This document shows positions 17,155 through 26,562 of a DNA stretch of 64,000 nucleotides, in pieces (position 1 is the first letter of the stretch; each line of letters starts with the position of its first letter). Below the pieces are notes generated by a model. That model was given only the letters and a program-made list of their open reading frames with translations. It did no database searches and was not told where the DNA came from. The stretch is from the IMG/VR virus record IMGVR_UViG_3300020188_000808, positions 186,001-250,000 of that record. One strand, given 5' to 3'. The position numbers were made by a program, and so were the translations under genes.

Positions 17155-19824
17155 CTATTCTCCGAAATCAAACAAACTATTAAATGTATTGTTCTGTAAT
17201 GTGCTTGAAATATCATAGTCTAGCACACCGATCAAATTACCTAGTTTGTTGTCAATAATTGTTGATTCCATTGCATCATCATCAAACGGAAGTTCTTTAA
17301 ACCAATCTGGAATACGTAGTTCGTCTGTTGGATATGCAACACTTGTGTAGCCTAGTGGGTTCTGTTTTAGTTTACAAACAATAACTTTCATACCGTCTAC
17401 AATCTCTTGCGAGTATTTGTCACCGTTCATACGCTTTAGTGTGTTCCAGTTAATACTTGCACGAACATGTCCGGGCATAGTTGCTTTGCCTTGCTTTGCT
17501 TCTTTACGTTGATACTCGCCAATTTTGTTTGCACGTTTAGGTGAACCTTTTTCAAAACCAGGACGTAGTTTAAATGCAGTACGGAAGTCTGTAATCTTTG
17601 CAAGTATTTCAGCTTCTGTCTTATCTGTAAGTACCATAAGCAATAGTTCACTTAAAAACTCTTGCATAAACACAGGTGTATCTGATCGTTTAAGATCAAG
17701 ACCCATTGCTTTTACTTTACCTAGTTTACCGTTGACGTCCATGCGTTCGCCTTCGTTATCATAAATTAAAGCCGCATAACGTTTCTTAGTAATAAACAAA
17801 CCTGACTCAGCAACAATTTCTCTACCTGCCGCAATAACATCTGATCTGCTCTTTGGACAATGAAATGCTTCTTGCATAAACTTTGGAAATGTTTCATTCG
17901 CCGCTTCACATACTTGATCATATAATGTAATAACACTATCTTTTGTCCAAGGAATTTTTCCAGCATCAATATCTGCTTTTAGTACAGGGTGGGCACTAAA
18001 GTAAACAGAATCAGTATCACCATAGATAATACTATCACCTACATGATCATATGTGCCTGTAATAACTTTATTAACTTCTGCACTCATATGTTTTGCGATA
18101 GCTCTACCTGTTAGTGTTGTTGATTGACCAATCCGCGGATCAAAGAATCTACAACCAGGATTAAGAATTGCACCATACAAACTGTTCAAGTTAATCTTCT
18201 TAACCAACTGTCGTTTATCCCAAAACTCAACTTCAATTCTGTTTCCAGCATCAATAGCTTTGCCTTTTTGTTTTTGTAAATCTTTACGTTCACTATACCA
18301 ACGTTTAAGAAGTCCTGGAATAACACCGTCAAATTCATTAGTTAAGATAGTTCCGTTAGCAGTTAGCATCCATGGCTTGTGTGAATCAAATATTAGTTTG
18401 TATATCTCAGCACCACTAAGAATTTCACTTTCACCGTTTTCAAAGTCAACAGTAATACTAATGTCTTTCTTCTTCTCCATAACTGCTTCGTATTCAATAG
18501 TACCAAAGCGGCCTTCCCAAGCACCTGCAAATGACTTCTTCTGAAGTGTCATTGCATCTTCAACCATTGCATCAGTTAGCTCAGGACGTAATTGTCCTAT
18601 AACTGTTGCAGGATCCATATTTAATGCTCTAATAACAGACGGATATAGTGAATTCAAATCCATTGAACCAATCCACTTGTGTACACCTTTTTTAGGAAAT
18701 GCTACATAAGCACCTGCCGCAGGATCACTGCCAGGCTCACGTTTTACTCTGTTAGGAACTTGCAAGCCTCTGTGATGTGCTTCGTTGATAATTGCTTGTT
18801 CTGTAACTGCAACTGCACCCATAGTGGTCTGTAGTAACACCGTGTTACTATGTGCAAGTTCGTTACTAAGATCAATAAACTTTAGTTTTTTGTCCAGCTT
18901 GTCCAGTAGTGCAACGTCTTGTCTGTTGTACTCAATGAACGTTCTGAAGTCATTGTTATAAAGTTGATCGAGCGTACCTTCGTACACAGTTTTGTTTTCG
19001 CCGATCTCAAGTTCGCCAATAGCGTCGAGTCGATATGTGTGTCTTTCTTCATATGTGTATTTACGATATAATTCCAAACTATCTAAATGCACTCTGCCTA
19101 TTAGGTCATAGGTTTCAGCTTTACGTCCGTACTTTTCATATTCACGTTTCTTAGGAAGTTGTTTCCATAAACAAAAACGTCTTGTATCATCTTTACTTAA
19201 AACTCTTTTTACACGATTTACAGTATATGGAATATCATAACCTTCACTGTTCCAACCTGTAAGTATATCACTGTCTTGTATAATATCAAGAAACGCTTCT
19301 AACATGTCGCCTTCTTTTTCATACAAGTATGTGTTTGGAAAATCTTTTACTTCTTCTTTTGCTTGTTCCATTGATAAGCCTTTAGGAGGCATAGCAAATG
19401 TAACTAGACTATCTAACCATTGTAAGTGTACAGTAATAGCAGTAATAGGCATAAACGGATCACTAGGATCAGCAAAGCCACGTTCTGGATCAAAGTCTGT
19501 CTCAATATCAAAAAAGCAAACATTCAACTTAGGTGAATCTACATTTAAATAGTTTTCACTCAAACATTGGAAGATTGGATTAATATCACTTTCAAACAAT
19601 TCTTTGTTTGCGTTAATGGCTAGTTCTTTACGAAACTGTTTTGTGTTTTTAGCAACAATTCTGCTTAACGGATCGCCGTAAATACTTTTGTACTTACCAC
19701 GTTGATCTTTATAATAAAATGTGTATTTGATTGGGTATTCTGTGTAAGAACGCTTACCATCTTTTCGTTCGACTACTCTGATCACATCCTGATCACGATC
19801 AAACTGTGCGTCTACATAACTCAT
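17155..19824 (-). CDS. polB: family B DNA polymerase with proofreading domain (gp43-like)
   Basis: DIETD, NSEGYD, YNRQD exonuclease motifs; DLNSLYPS, KINLNSLYG, YGDTDS polymerase motifs. Confidence 0.97.
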   Translation of the reverse strand: MSYVDAQFDRDQDVIRVVERKDGKRSYTEYPIKYTFYYKDQRGKYKSIYGDPLSRIVAKNTKQFRKELAINANKELFESDINPIFQCLSENYLNVDSPKLNVCFFDIETDFDPERGFADPSDPFMPITAITVHLQWLDSLVTFAMPPKGLSMEQAKEEVKDFPNTYLYEKEGDMLEAFLDIIQDSDILTGWNSEGYDIPYTVNRVKRVLSKDDTRRFCLWKQLPKKREYEKYGRKAETYDLIGRVHLDSLELYRKYTYEERHTYRLDAIGELEIGENKTVYEGTLDQLYNNDFRTFIEYNRQDVALLDKLDKKLKFIDLSNELAHSNTVLLQTTMGAVAVTEQAIINEAHHRGLQVPNRVKREPGSDPAAGAYVAFPKKGVHKWIGSMDLNSLYPSVIRALNMDPATVIGQLRPELTDAMVEDAMTLQKKSFAGAWEGRFGTIEYEAVMEKKKDISITVDFENGESEILSGAEIYKLIFDSHKPWMLTANGTILTNEFDGVIPGLLKRWYSERKDLQKQKGKAIDAGNRIEVEFWDKRQLVKKINLNSLYGAILNPGCRFFDPRIGQSTTLTGRAIAKHMSAEVNKVITGTYDHVGDSIIYGDTDSVYFSAHPVLKADIDAGKIPWTKDSVITLYDQVCEAANETFPKFMQEAFHCPKSRSDVIAAGREIVAESGLFITKKRYAALIYDNEGERMDVNGKLGKVKAMGLDLKRSDTPVFMQEFLSELLLMVLTDKTEAEILAKITDFRTAFKLRPGFEKGSPKRANKIGEYQRKEAKQGKATMPGHVRASINWNTLKRMNGDKYSQEIVDGMKVIVCKLKQNPLGYTSVAYPTDELRIPDWFKELPFDDDAMESTIIDNKLGNLIGVLDYDISSTLQNNTFNSLFDFGE

Positions 19825-19840
19825 ATTTTAACTCCTTGTA

Positions 19841-19889
19841 TGTCACTTGGGGCTGACAAAAACCAATAAGGTCGCTTATGGCCGACTTT
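19841..19889 (-). promoter_or_regulatory. tandem hairpins 5' of the polB ribosome-binding site (candidate translational operator)
   Basis: UGUCA-GCCCCAAG-UGACA 3 nt before AAGGAG, plus GUCG-GCCAUAAG-CGAC upstream. Confidence 0.5.
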
Positions 19890-20190
19890 TACCTTCATTC
19901 TTAAAATATTCATTCGCCTCTCTTGCCTTGTCATCTATCCAAATATCATAGTGTGGCTTTCTAAAACTTAGTGTTGTGTATAGTACACCCCACTCCGCAA
20001 ACTGGTCTTTAGTAAGCTCACTCCAATCTTTGCCTGTGCTACCGCCTCTAGCAGTCCAATAATGTATTTCATTGCCTTCATTATACAACTTATTAAAGTG
20101 TTGTATACGTTGAACATCTGGTTTACTAAATTCGTACTCACTGTTATTATTATAACAGATAGTTCCGTCTATGTCAACCATATATTTCAT
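19876..20190 (-). CDS. small HAD-family phosphatase
   Basis: VDIDGT, WTARG, KPHYDIWIDDKA; start at 20190 by ATGA coupling. Confidence 0.85.
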   Translation of the reverse strand: MKYMVDIDGTICYNNNSEYEFSKPDVQRIQHFNKLYNEGNEIHYWTARGGSTGKDWSELTKDQFAEWGVLYTTLSFRKPHYDIWIDDKAREANEYFKNEGKSRP

Positions 20191-20495
20191 ATTACGAACA
20201 ACTGTATTAATGCCCAAAGGTTCATTGCTGAGAACCAAGAACAAAGTATAATTACAAATGCCGCTTGTCTAATAACTGCACTAACAATGCCCAAAATACT
20301 TCCAACCAAATATAATGGCACAAATATTGTTGTTGCAGGGTCTAATATAGTAAAGCTCAATATTGCACTTGCTGAGATTAAGAACAATGCCTCAATCATT
20401 TCGCAATAGAATGCAACAGGACTTAGCCTATAACTTGTTTTAAAGAAATTGGTTACTCTATTCAAACTACTTGTCCTTGCCAACTGTAACAACAA
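20187..20495 (-). CDS. small multi-pass membrane protein
   Basis: Three hydrophobic segments; the true start is probably downstream (TTG near 20465). Confidence 0.55.
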   Translation of the reverse strand: MLLQLARTSSLNRVTNFFKTSYRLSPVAFYCEMIEALFLISASAILSFTILDPATTIFVPLYLVGSILGIVSAVIRQAAFVIILCSWFSAMNLWALIQLFVI

Positions 20496-20727
20496 GTGTT
20501 TCTAGATCATCAAATTCATCAGCAACTTTATGCCATTCACCTTTTTGGGCAATCTTAATTGCTTTATTAATAAGGCTTGGTTTAATATCTAGTTCTTCTG
20601 CTACTGCTTTTACAGTATCTTTAAGACCTGTAGTTAAGTCTTCTACTTCTTGGAGTACTGTAACTCCTTCGTTAACCAATCTTTCTAGTTTGGCTTTTTC
20701 TTCTACGCCGTATGTTCGATCGCTCAT
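20467..20727 (-). CDS. dsDNA-binding protein (T4 DsbA / GapR-like)
   Basis: LKDTVKAVAEELDIKPSLINKAIK pattern, 86 aa. Confidence 0.6.
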   Translation of the reverse strand: MSDRTYGVEEKAKLERLVNEGVTVLQEVEDLTTGLKDTVKAVAEELDIKPSLINKAIKIAQKGEWHKVADEFDDLETLVVTVGKDK

Positions 20728-20751
20728 GTTATCTCCTTAATTGTTATATAC

Positions 20752-20780
20752 ATTATACACGAACTGTAAGTGCTTGTCAA
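20752..20780 (-). promoter_or_regulatory. consensus sigma70 promoter TTGACA-N17-TATAAT
   Basis: Perfect match in the intergenic region. Confidence 0.85.
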
Positions 20781-20786
20781 CAACTA

Positions 20787-21326
20787 TTATTCAGCTTGTG
20801 TACGATGAATTGTTAAATTACCTGCTATTACTATTCGCTCTTTGTCGTTCTTCTGTGGGGGTACTTCGTGTGTTACCCAACCTGGGAATACTGCTATAAG
20901 TCCGGGATTTGGAAATATAGCATTACCACTTGTTGGAAATACTAAAGGTGCATCATCTGGAGTTGCATCAACATAGTATACAAAACTCCAAATAGCAGGA
21001 TGATGTGCATGTGGTTTACAGCTATCGCCTTTGGAATATACTGCACCCCAACAATCTGTTACTTCATACTTACCACCAACTAAATGTTCAAGACCATTTT
21101 GTACAACATCAATAGCAAAGTTAATAATCTTTTTAAAGTCAGGATCTCTAAACATTGTCCATTCTGTCATATTTGCTTGAACATTTGTTTTTCTAAATTG
21201 GCAATCCCCTCTAGCTCTAATTTTTTCAGCTAGTATTGGATTGAGTGTCTCGGCATCTTCATATACGTGAGTATAGATGTCAGCAGATTCTTTAAACTCT
21301 AATTTTTGCACGTTTGGTATGAACAT
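20787..21326 (-). CDS. putative 2OG-Fe(II) oxygenase
   Basis: PHAHHP, SFVYYV, FPGWVTHEV, RIVIAGN. Confidence 0.82.
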   Translation of the reverse strand: MFIPNVQKLEFKESADIYTHVYEDAETLNPILAEKIRARGDCQFRKTNVQANMTEWTMFRDPDFKKIINFAIDVVQNGLEHLVGGKYEVTDCWGAVYSKGDSCKPHAHHPAIWSFVYYVDATPDDAPLVFPTSGNAIFPNPGLIAVFPGWVTHEVPPQKNDKERIVIAGNLTIHRTQAE

Positions 21327-21331
21327 GCAAT

Positions 21332-21339
21332 TATTTATA
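21332..21339 (-). promoter_or_regulatory. T4 late promoter consensus TATAAATA
   Basis: Exact match 6 nt upstream of the ATG at 21326. Confidence 0.6.
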
Positions 21340-21359
21340 TAGGGGTGTTTAATGTATTG

Positions 21360-22244
21360 TTATTGCTGGTTCTGTCCAGCTTCAGCTTGTTTCATAAGTG
21401 CTTTGAACTTACCAAACAGTTGAGGATTAGACATCATACTTTGAATAGCAGTTGCATATGGAGCAATCGCTTTAATAATATTTGGCGGTAATGTTTCACC
21501 TGATGATATTTTATCTAAGCCTTTTGCAACTTGGGCACCACTTGCTTTACCACCAACAACACCTTTTAATGCTGTTGCTTTTTGTGCAACCTGTTGTGTT
21601 TGTTTGTTATCGTCGCCTTTTGCTAAGCCAGTAACTTTGCCAATTACGCCGCCTTGTTCTGCACCAGCTCTTTTGATATCATCTCTACTAGCACCTGTGG
21701 CATTCGCCGCAAAATCTACTGCCTTGTCTGCTACTTTACCTGCAACTTTTTTAACAATGCCTGCACCTGGTGCTTCTTTTACAAATTTGTTTTTAGCTTT
21801 ATTAAATCCCTTCCATCCTGTTTCGGGCTTTAATTTAACTGCACCGTCACTCCAATCTGATCCAGTCCATGTCCAAGTTACAGTACCATCGTTGTATGCA
21901 CTACCTGGTTTTAAATCATCTATTGTTTTAGGTTGTTTTTGAGTTTGTGCTTTAGGATCTGGTGTCGGTGTTGGTGTTGGTTTTGCTTTAGTCTTTGTGT
22001 CTTTTTTAGAAGTGTCGCCTTTAGCAATCCAATCATCAGTTTCTTTATCGTCAATGCCACCGCCGGGTGCGATTGGTTCTTTACTGCCGTGTGCGCCACC
22101 AAACTTTTTTGAAAATGCTTTATTTAGATTACTAAGACCTGTACCTAAACGATTGTTGCGAACTAAATCATCTACTTTACCAAGCGATGCTTTAGTGTTT
22201 AACCAACCTCCTGGAGGTGCTTCTACAAGATCTTCAACTTTCAT
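21360..22244 (-). CDS. putative internal virion protein, Lys/Ala-rich with PT linker
   Basis: 294 aa; N-terminus MKVEDLVE; low-complexity linkers. Confidence 0.6.
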   Translation of the reverse strand: MKVEDLVEAPPGGWLNTKASLGKVDDLVRNNRLGTGLSNLNKAFSKKFGGAHGSKEPIAPGGGIDDKETDDWIAKGDTSKKDTKTKAKPTPTPTPDPKAQTQKQPKTIDDLKPGSAYNDGTVTWTWTGSDWSDGAVKLKPETGWKGFNKAKNKFVKEAPGAGIVKKVAGKVADKAVDFAANATGASRDDIKRAGAEQGGVIGKVTGLAKGDDNKQTQQVAQKATALKGVVGGKASGAQVAKGLDKISSGETLPPNIIKAIAPYATAIQSMMSNPQLFGKFKALMKQAEAGQNQQ

Positions 22245-22247
22245 TGA

Positions 22248-22910
22248 CTAAGCCTTTACGCAATTATCAACGGTCTTGCCGCCTTTTTTCTTAGTACCCA
22301 TACGCTTGTAGCCTTTCCAGCATACTTTGCCGTCAACGCCTTTTTGTTTTTCTTCGTCAAGTGTAGTGTAACTAGGCTTGCCACAATCTTTACATTTACT
22401 ATTTGCTACTTTTTCGTTTAGCATATTAGCTAATGTGTTTTTGTATGATTCGTTTTTCTTTTTGTCTGCTTTAGAAGCGTGTACTGCTTTACGCTGTGCA
22501 TCGTTCTTGTACTTGCCTTCATTCTTTTGATTTTCTTTGTAGCAATCGCAATGTTCGCAATCAGGTCCGCATTTACATTCTGTTACAGGCTTTCCGCAAC
22601 ATGCTTCTGGACACATTTTTTCTTTAGCTTCGTTAGCTGTAGATTCTGCTACTTCGTCAAACTTCATTTGGTAGTCTAAGTGATGGTAAACACTACCTAA
22701 ATAATCTGCTGATTTAGTAATTTTAGCTTGTACCCAACCTTCTAAGCCTGCTGACTCGTCAACACCTTTAAGCATTTCGTGTAGTTTGATACTGTATTTT
22801 GCAATTTTGTATAGTTCAGCTCTAGCCATTTGTACTTCATGGTCTGACTCAGCTTTGTAAGCCATGTCTGCTAAACCTTCTTTTAGTTGTTTTTTATTCA
22901 TATCCATCAC
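22248..22910 (-). CDS. modular putative internal virion protein
   Basis: Short Cys-rich and basic modules separated by Glu sites; late promoter at 22927..22934. Confidence 0.6.
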   Translation of the reverse strand: MMDMNKKQLKEGLADMAYKAESDHEVQMARAELYKIAKYSIKLHEMLKGVDESAGLEGWVQAKITKSADYLGSVYHHLDYQMKFDEVAESTANEAKEKMCPEACCGKPVTECKCGPDCEHCDCYKENQKNEGKYKNDAQRKAVHASKADKKKNESYKNTLANMLNEKVANSKCKDCGKPSYTTLDEEKQKGVDGKVCWKGYKRMGTKKKGGKTVDNCVKA

Positions 22911-22929
22911 TTTATCTCTCTAATAGTAT

Positions 22930-23160
22930 TTATCGTTTAGCTACTTTGCCACCAAAGAAACTGTCTGACGCATCTAGTGCATTAACCACTGTGCCGTCTG
23001 CTTTTTTCTTAGACTTCTTTTTAGGTACACCGTTCTTATCACGTGGTATTTGACCATGTGCATGTACTGGATTTGCCACAGTTGCTATAGCACCTGCACT
23101 AGTACCGCCTGCTGTTGCAGTTTCTTCTAGGTCTTTTTGAAATAGTTCACGTATTAACAT
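22930..23160 (-). CDS. small putative internal virion protein
   Basis: MLIRELFQKDLEE then TATAGGTSAG; late promoter at 23166..23173. Confidence 0.6.
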   Translation of the reverse strand: MLIRELFQKDLEETATAGGTSAGAIATVANPVHAHGQIPRDKNGVPKKKSKKKADGTVVNALDASDSFFGGKVAKR

Positions 23161-23168
23161 AGTATTAT

Positions 23169-24059
23169 TTATCCTGATTTAGCCATCTTAGTTGCTGTTG
23201 CATACATAACTGCTTCAGCATCTTTGCCATAACGCTTTTTAAAGTCACTTTTATTCTTTTTCATACCCTTTACTATGCGTTCTTTTTCTGCTTCTTCGTC
23301 TTTATCTAGTTCACGTTCTTCTACAGGTTTATTAAAGTAATCCTTTAATAGTCCAGCAGTACGCTCGAACTTGTGATCTTTGTGCTTAAATCCAACTCCA
23401 CCTTTAGCTTCCCAGTTTCTAATATTAGATCCAAAGTCGTCAATTAGTATGTTAGGTGTACCATCAGGTTGTTTAGCCCACTTGTATTTGTCTGCGGATA
23501 TAATAACTTCTTTAGGTGGAAAAAACGCTAAGTTCTTTTTAATCCATTCACGCTTGTGTGGTTCTGCTTTAGGGTCGTTAGCTAACGGAGCACTTAATAT
23601 GTTGTACTCTCCTTTTAGCTCTTTAATAATGTTTAATAAGTTTTGAGCATTTTTTGTTAATGGTAATGATAACCAAAAATCATCTTTGTCTCTAATTGTT
23701 TGTAATGCACTTTCAATGTCTGTAATTTGTCGCCAATCTTTACCTACTATCTTCTTCCAAGCTGGAAAGAAATCAGCTAATACTCCGTCCATGTCTACGT
23801 ATATTTCACTAACTGCTGATAGTTCTTTTGATTTTAATTCTTTTATTTGCGACTCAGTCATCCCCATATTAAATAAAGTATTTGGTTTTGTATTTTTATG
23901 TGCTTTCTTATGCATAGTATACAACGGCTTTCCATCTTTGTCAACCGAATTACCAAATTTCTTTGCTTCAATACTAGTTTGATCCACGCCAACATCAGGA
24001 GTTGTGTTAACACCTTTTACAATGCGTCCTACGCCTTCTGATATCTCATGCCATCTCAT
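23169..24059 (-). CDS. 5'(3')-deoxyribonucleotidase (HAD, NT5C-like) with flanking basic modules
   Basis: YVDMDGVLADF, ILSAP, KREWI, ILIDD motifs. Confidence 0.8.
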   Translation of the reverse strand: MRWHEISEGVGRIVKGVNTTPDVGVDQTSIEAKKFGNSVDKDGKPLYTMHKKAHKNTKPNTLFNMGMTESQIKELKSKELSAVSEIYVDMDGVLADFFPAWKKIVGKDWRQITDIESALQTIRDKDDFWLSLPLTKNAQNLLNIIKELKGEYNILSAPLANDPKAEPHKREWIKKNLAFFPPKEVIISADKYKWAKQPDGTPNILIDDFGSNIRNWEAKGGVGFKHKDHKFERTAGLLKDYFNKPVEERELDKDEEAEKERIVKGMKKNKSDFKKRYGKDAEAVMYATATKMAKSG

Positions 24060-24283
24060 TTCTTTTTACGTCCTCTAAACCCTTGTGGCATATTTTGGTT
24101 AGTCATATAAGGTCTACTAAACCAAAGTTTAAACCAATCTTGATCACCTGGTTTTACACCCATTGCTTTTTCTTTTTTCTTTAGAGCTGTTGCAGTAATA
24201 CTAGGATTTTCGTCAATCTTATACTCCGAATAACCTGAGAATTCATTAATCCCTGCTAGTCGTTGTAAAGTTTTAATATCCAT
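24056..24283 (-). CDS. small hypothetical protein
   Basis: 75 aa, coupled to both neighbours. Confidence 0.6.
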   Translation of the reverse strand: MDIKTLQRLAGINEFSGYSEYKIDENPSITATALKKKEKAMGVKPGDQDWFKLWFSRPYMTNQNMPQGFRGRKKK

Positions 24284-26223
24284 TACTTCTTTCCACTCTT
24301 CATGTTAGCACACCAGTGATACATTTTAGCCTTTTCGCCACTTGCATTTTTAGCACGTTTGCGTAGTGCTGTAACACTACCATTGCAACTAGCACCTGAC
24401 TTTTTTACACGCCCTGGTCTGCTTTTACCTTTTTTTTTACCGTCAGCAAAGTTTTCTTCTACATTTTCGTTATGTTTAAAGTATTCTATTTGTCCTAGAC
24501 GCTTTTCAGCCGCTTTACGACTATCGTATGTGCCAAGTTTCTTTTTACCGTCTTTACTGTAGATAACATACTTGTCACCTTGCTTACGAATAGTTTCTTC
24601 TATAGTTTCTTTTTTCTTACCGTCAGCAAAGTTTTCGTCTAGCATGTTTTCTAATACTTCATCTGCCATATGCACACGAGCATACTCTGCACCTGTTAAA
24701 CGTAGTGCATCATATCTGTGATGTCCGTTTACAATACGTCCTTTGCGATCAATTTGTAAAGGTGCATAATCGTCGTTTAATACGTTTACTAGTTGCTTAC
24801 CTAGTTTATGCCAATGGCGTTCGCTTTGTACAGTTTTAAGTTTGTCTAGTTTAATTTTACCTGGCGACCCAAGTTTCTTTAACTGCGGAGGTGCTTTACC
24901 GCCTGTGGGTTTGTCATCAAAATGTGCATCTTGATAACCTTGAGCATCTTGTGTTTGATAACCAATACGATTAAGTTGCTTCATAAGGTACTTCATTTCT
25001 TTAGCACCTGCATAAGGAGCAATCATAATGTCTGGTTCATCTACATTAGATCCTGCTGGCATTGACTTTAGATTAGCTAAATTAGTACCTAATTTTAAAA
25101 AGTCGTATGCTGTGTCTGACTTAGTTAAGAAAGAATTTTTAGGATTAGGAAACATTTTACCTTCGTGGTGTCCTTTTTTAAGAGGCTTTTTCTTTTTCTT
25201 TTCACTAGCATTTAACCCACTTTGAAATGTTGCAAATTTTGCCTTGCCTTGCTCAATTTTTGAGTTAGACGCTGATGGAACAGAGTCGGAAGGACGTTCG
25301 TTAACATCAACTTCTTTAGTTAAGTTAGCTTTAAGTCTATCATATGGGTCTTGTGTTGAAATTTCTTTATTTTTTGGAACTTTAATACTTACATTAATGT
25401 TTAAGTTATTGAATAAGTTCTTAACACCGTTAACACTTTTTAGTGCTTTTTGCATTAGTTCTTTTTCATCTTCAGCTCTACTATCGTAAAACTTAATAAA
25501 TTTCTGTGCTTCTTGTGGAGTAATTAATACTTCACCACCGCTACTTGCACCACCTGTATCTTTATAACTTAATGGAAAAGGCATACTGTCTTTTCTATCA
25601 GCAATGTTATATAATACTTCAATCTTTGGTCGTTGTTGCTTTACACTATATTCATCTAAACTTTCATCAACAATGCCCATGCCTTTTCTAACTTGGTCAT
25701 ACATTTGCTGTGCCATCTGTGCATTAGCAACACCTTGTTTGAAACTATCAAAGTCACCTTCTTGTGCCGCGGCTCTCATTTTACTTGCACTCATGCCTTC
25801 AGCACCATCTGCATCAGGATCACGTTCGCCTGCACTTACAATGTTAATACTGTTAAAGTTATAGTCTTTACCGTTGTAGTCATTTAATAATTTAGTAAAT
25901 GAATCAACTCTGTCTGAACCTGCTACATATATAATATCTGTATAGCCTTTAGCTTCTAGACTTTGCATAGCTTGGATAATAGTTTTTACTTTAGGATCAC
26001 CTATTTCAATACCTGGAAAACTTTTAGATGCAAAGTACATCTTTTCTGGGAATGGTAGTGGATCTGTTTTAGGTTTTTGTGTTTGACTTAAAAATAAAAA
26101 AGGATCGCCCTTTTGTGATTTTACTACGTCAGCTAATTTAGCATGTCCAATAGTTGGAGGATTCATTCTTCCAAATGCAAACACCGCAGTCTTAGGTGCT
26201 TCAAAAAGCTCACGTAAAAGCAT
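24283..26223 (-). CDS. HxGH-superfamily nucleotidyltransferase fused to ParB-like and basic modules
   Basis: FGRMNPPTIGH, AGSDR, GMSASKMR in the N-terminal ~180 aa; IVNGHHRYDA ParB-like motif; repeated ENFADGKKK. Confidence 0.75.
   Translation of the reverse strand: MLLRELFEAPKTAVFAFGRMNPPTIGHAKLADVVKSQKGDPFLFLSQTQKPKTDPLPFPEKMYFASKSFPGIEIGDPKVKTIIQAMQSLEAKGYTDIIYVAGSDRVDSFTKLLNDYNGKDYNFNSINIVSAGERDPDADGAEGMSASKMRAAAQEGDFDSFKQGVANAQMAQQMYDQVRKGMGIVDESLDEYSVKQQRPKIEVLYNIADRKDSMPFPLSYKDTGGASSGGEVLITPQEAQKFIKFYDSRAEDEKELMQKALKSVNGVKNLFNNLNINVSIKVPKNKEISTQDPYDRLKANLTKEVDVNERPSDSVPSASNSKIEQGKAKFATFQSGLNASEKKKKKPLKKGHHEGKMFPNPKNSFLTKSDTAYDFLKLGTNLANLKSMPAGSNVDEPDIMIAPYAGAKEMKYLMKQLNRIGYQTQDAQGYQDAHFDDKPTGGKAPPQLKKLGSPGKIKLDKLKTVQSERHWHKLGKQLVNVLNDDYAPLQIDRKGRIVNGHHRYDALRLTGAEYARVHMADEVLENMLDENFADGKKKETIEETIRKQGDKYVIYSKDGKKKLGTYDSRKAAEKRLGQIEYFKHNENVEENFADGKKKGKSRPGRVKKSGASCNGSVTALRKRAKNASGEKAKMYHWCANMKSGKK
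24437..24636. repeat. 20-bp direct repeat, copies 180 nt apart (24437..24456 and 24617..24636)
   Basis: ttaccgtcagcaaagttttc read at both positions. Confidence 0.9.
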
Positions 26224-26561
26224 TAGTACTCTCCGTCTCTAAGTGCTTCCATTTCTTCACTACAAATTACTTCTGCTAAAGATTTATATTCTTCTTTAGT
26301 TAAAAGTTTTGTAGGATCTTTTGAAATGTTAAATTTATTACAATACTGTTCACAGCATCTATCAATCATAGGTGATAAATCTTGAGGTACTGGACTTTTG
26401 CCGCCTTTTAATTTATCTTGTAGTTTTGCCATTGTTGGATAATACTGTTTGCGATAGAACATTGGGTCGTTCTTCATAAACACTTGTAAGTCGCCAATGA
26501 CATCAAATCCTAACTCATTTTCTTTTGTTGGGTCTAAATCTGCAAACTCAGTTATTTTCAT
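26223..26561 (-). CDS. hypothetical protein
   Basis: Likely start MKITEF at 26561, just after the upstream stop. Confidence 0.65.
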   Translation of the reverse strand: MKITEFADLDPTKENELGFDVIGDLQVFMKNDPMFYRKQYYPTMAKLQDKLKGGKSPVPQDLSPMIDRCCEQYCNKFNISKDPTKLLTKEEYKSLAEVICSEEMEALRDGEY

Positions 26562-26562
26562 A

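Noticed and set aside
24430-24438. Poly-T run as a slippage or phase-variation site
   Set aside because: It encodes Lys-Lys-Lys in an intact frame; such runs are expected in an AT-rich genome.
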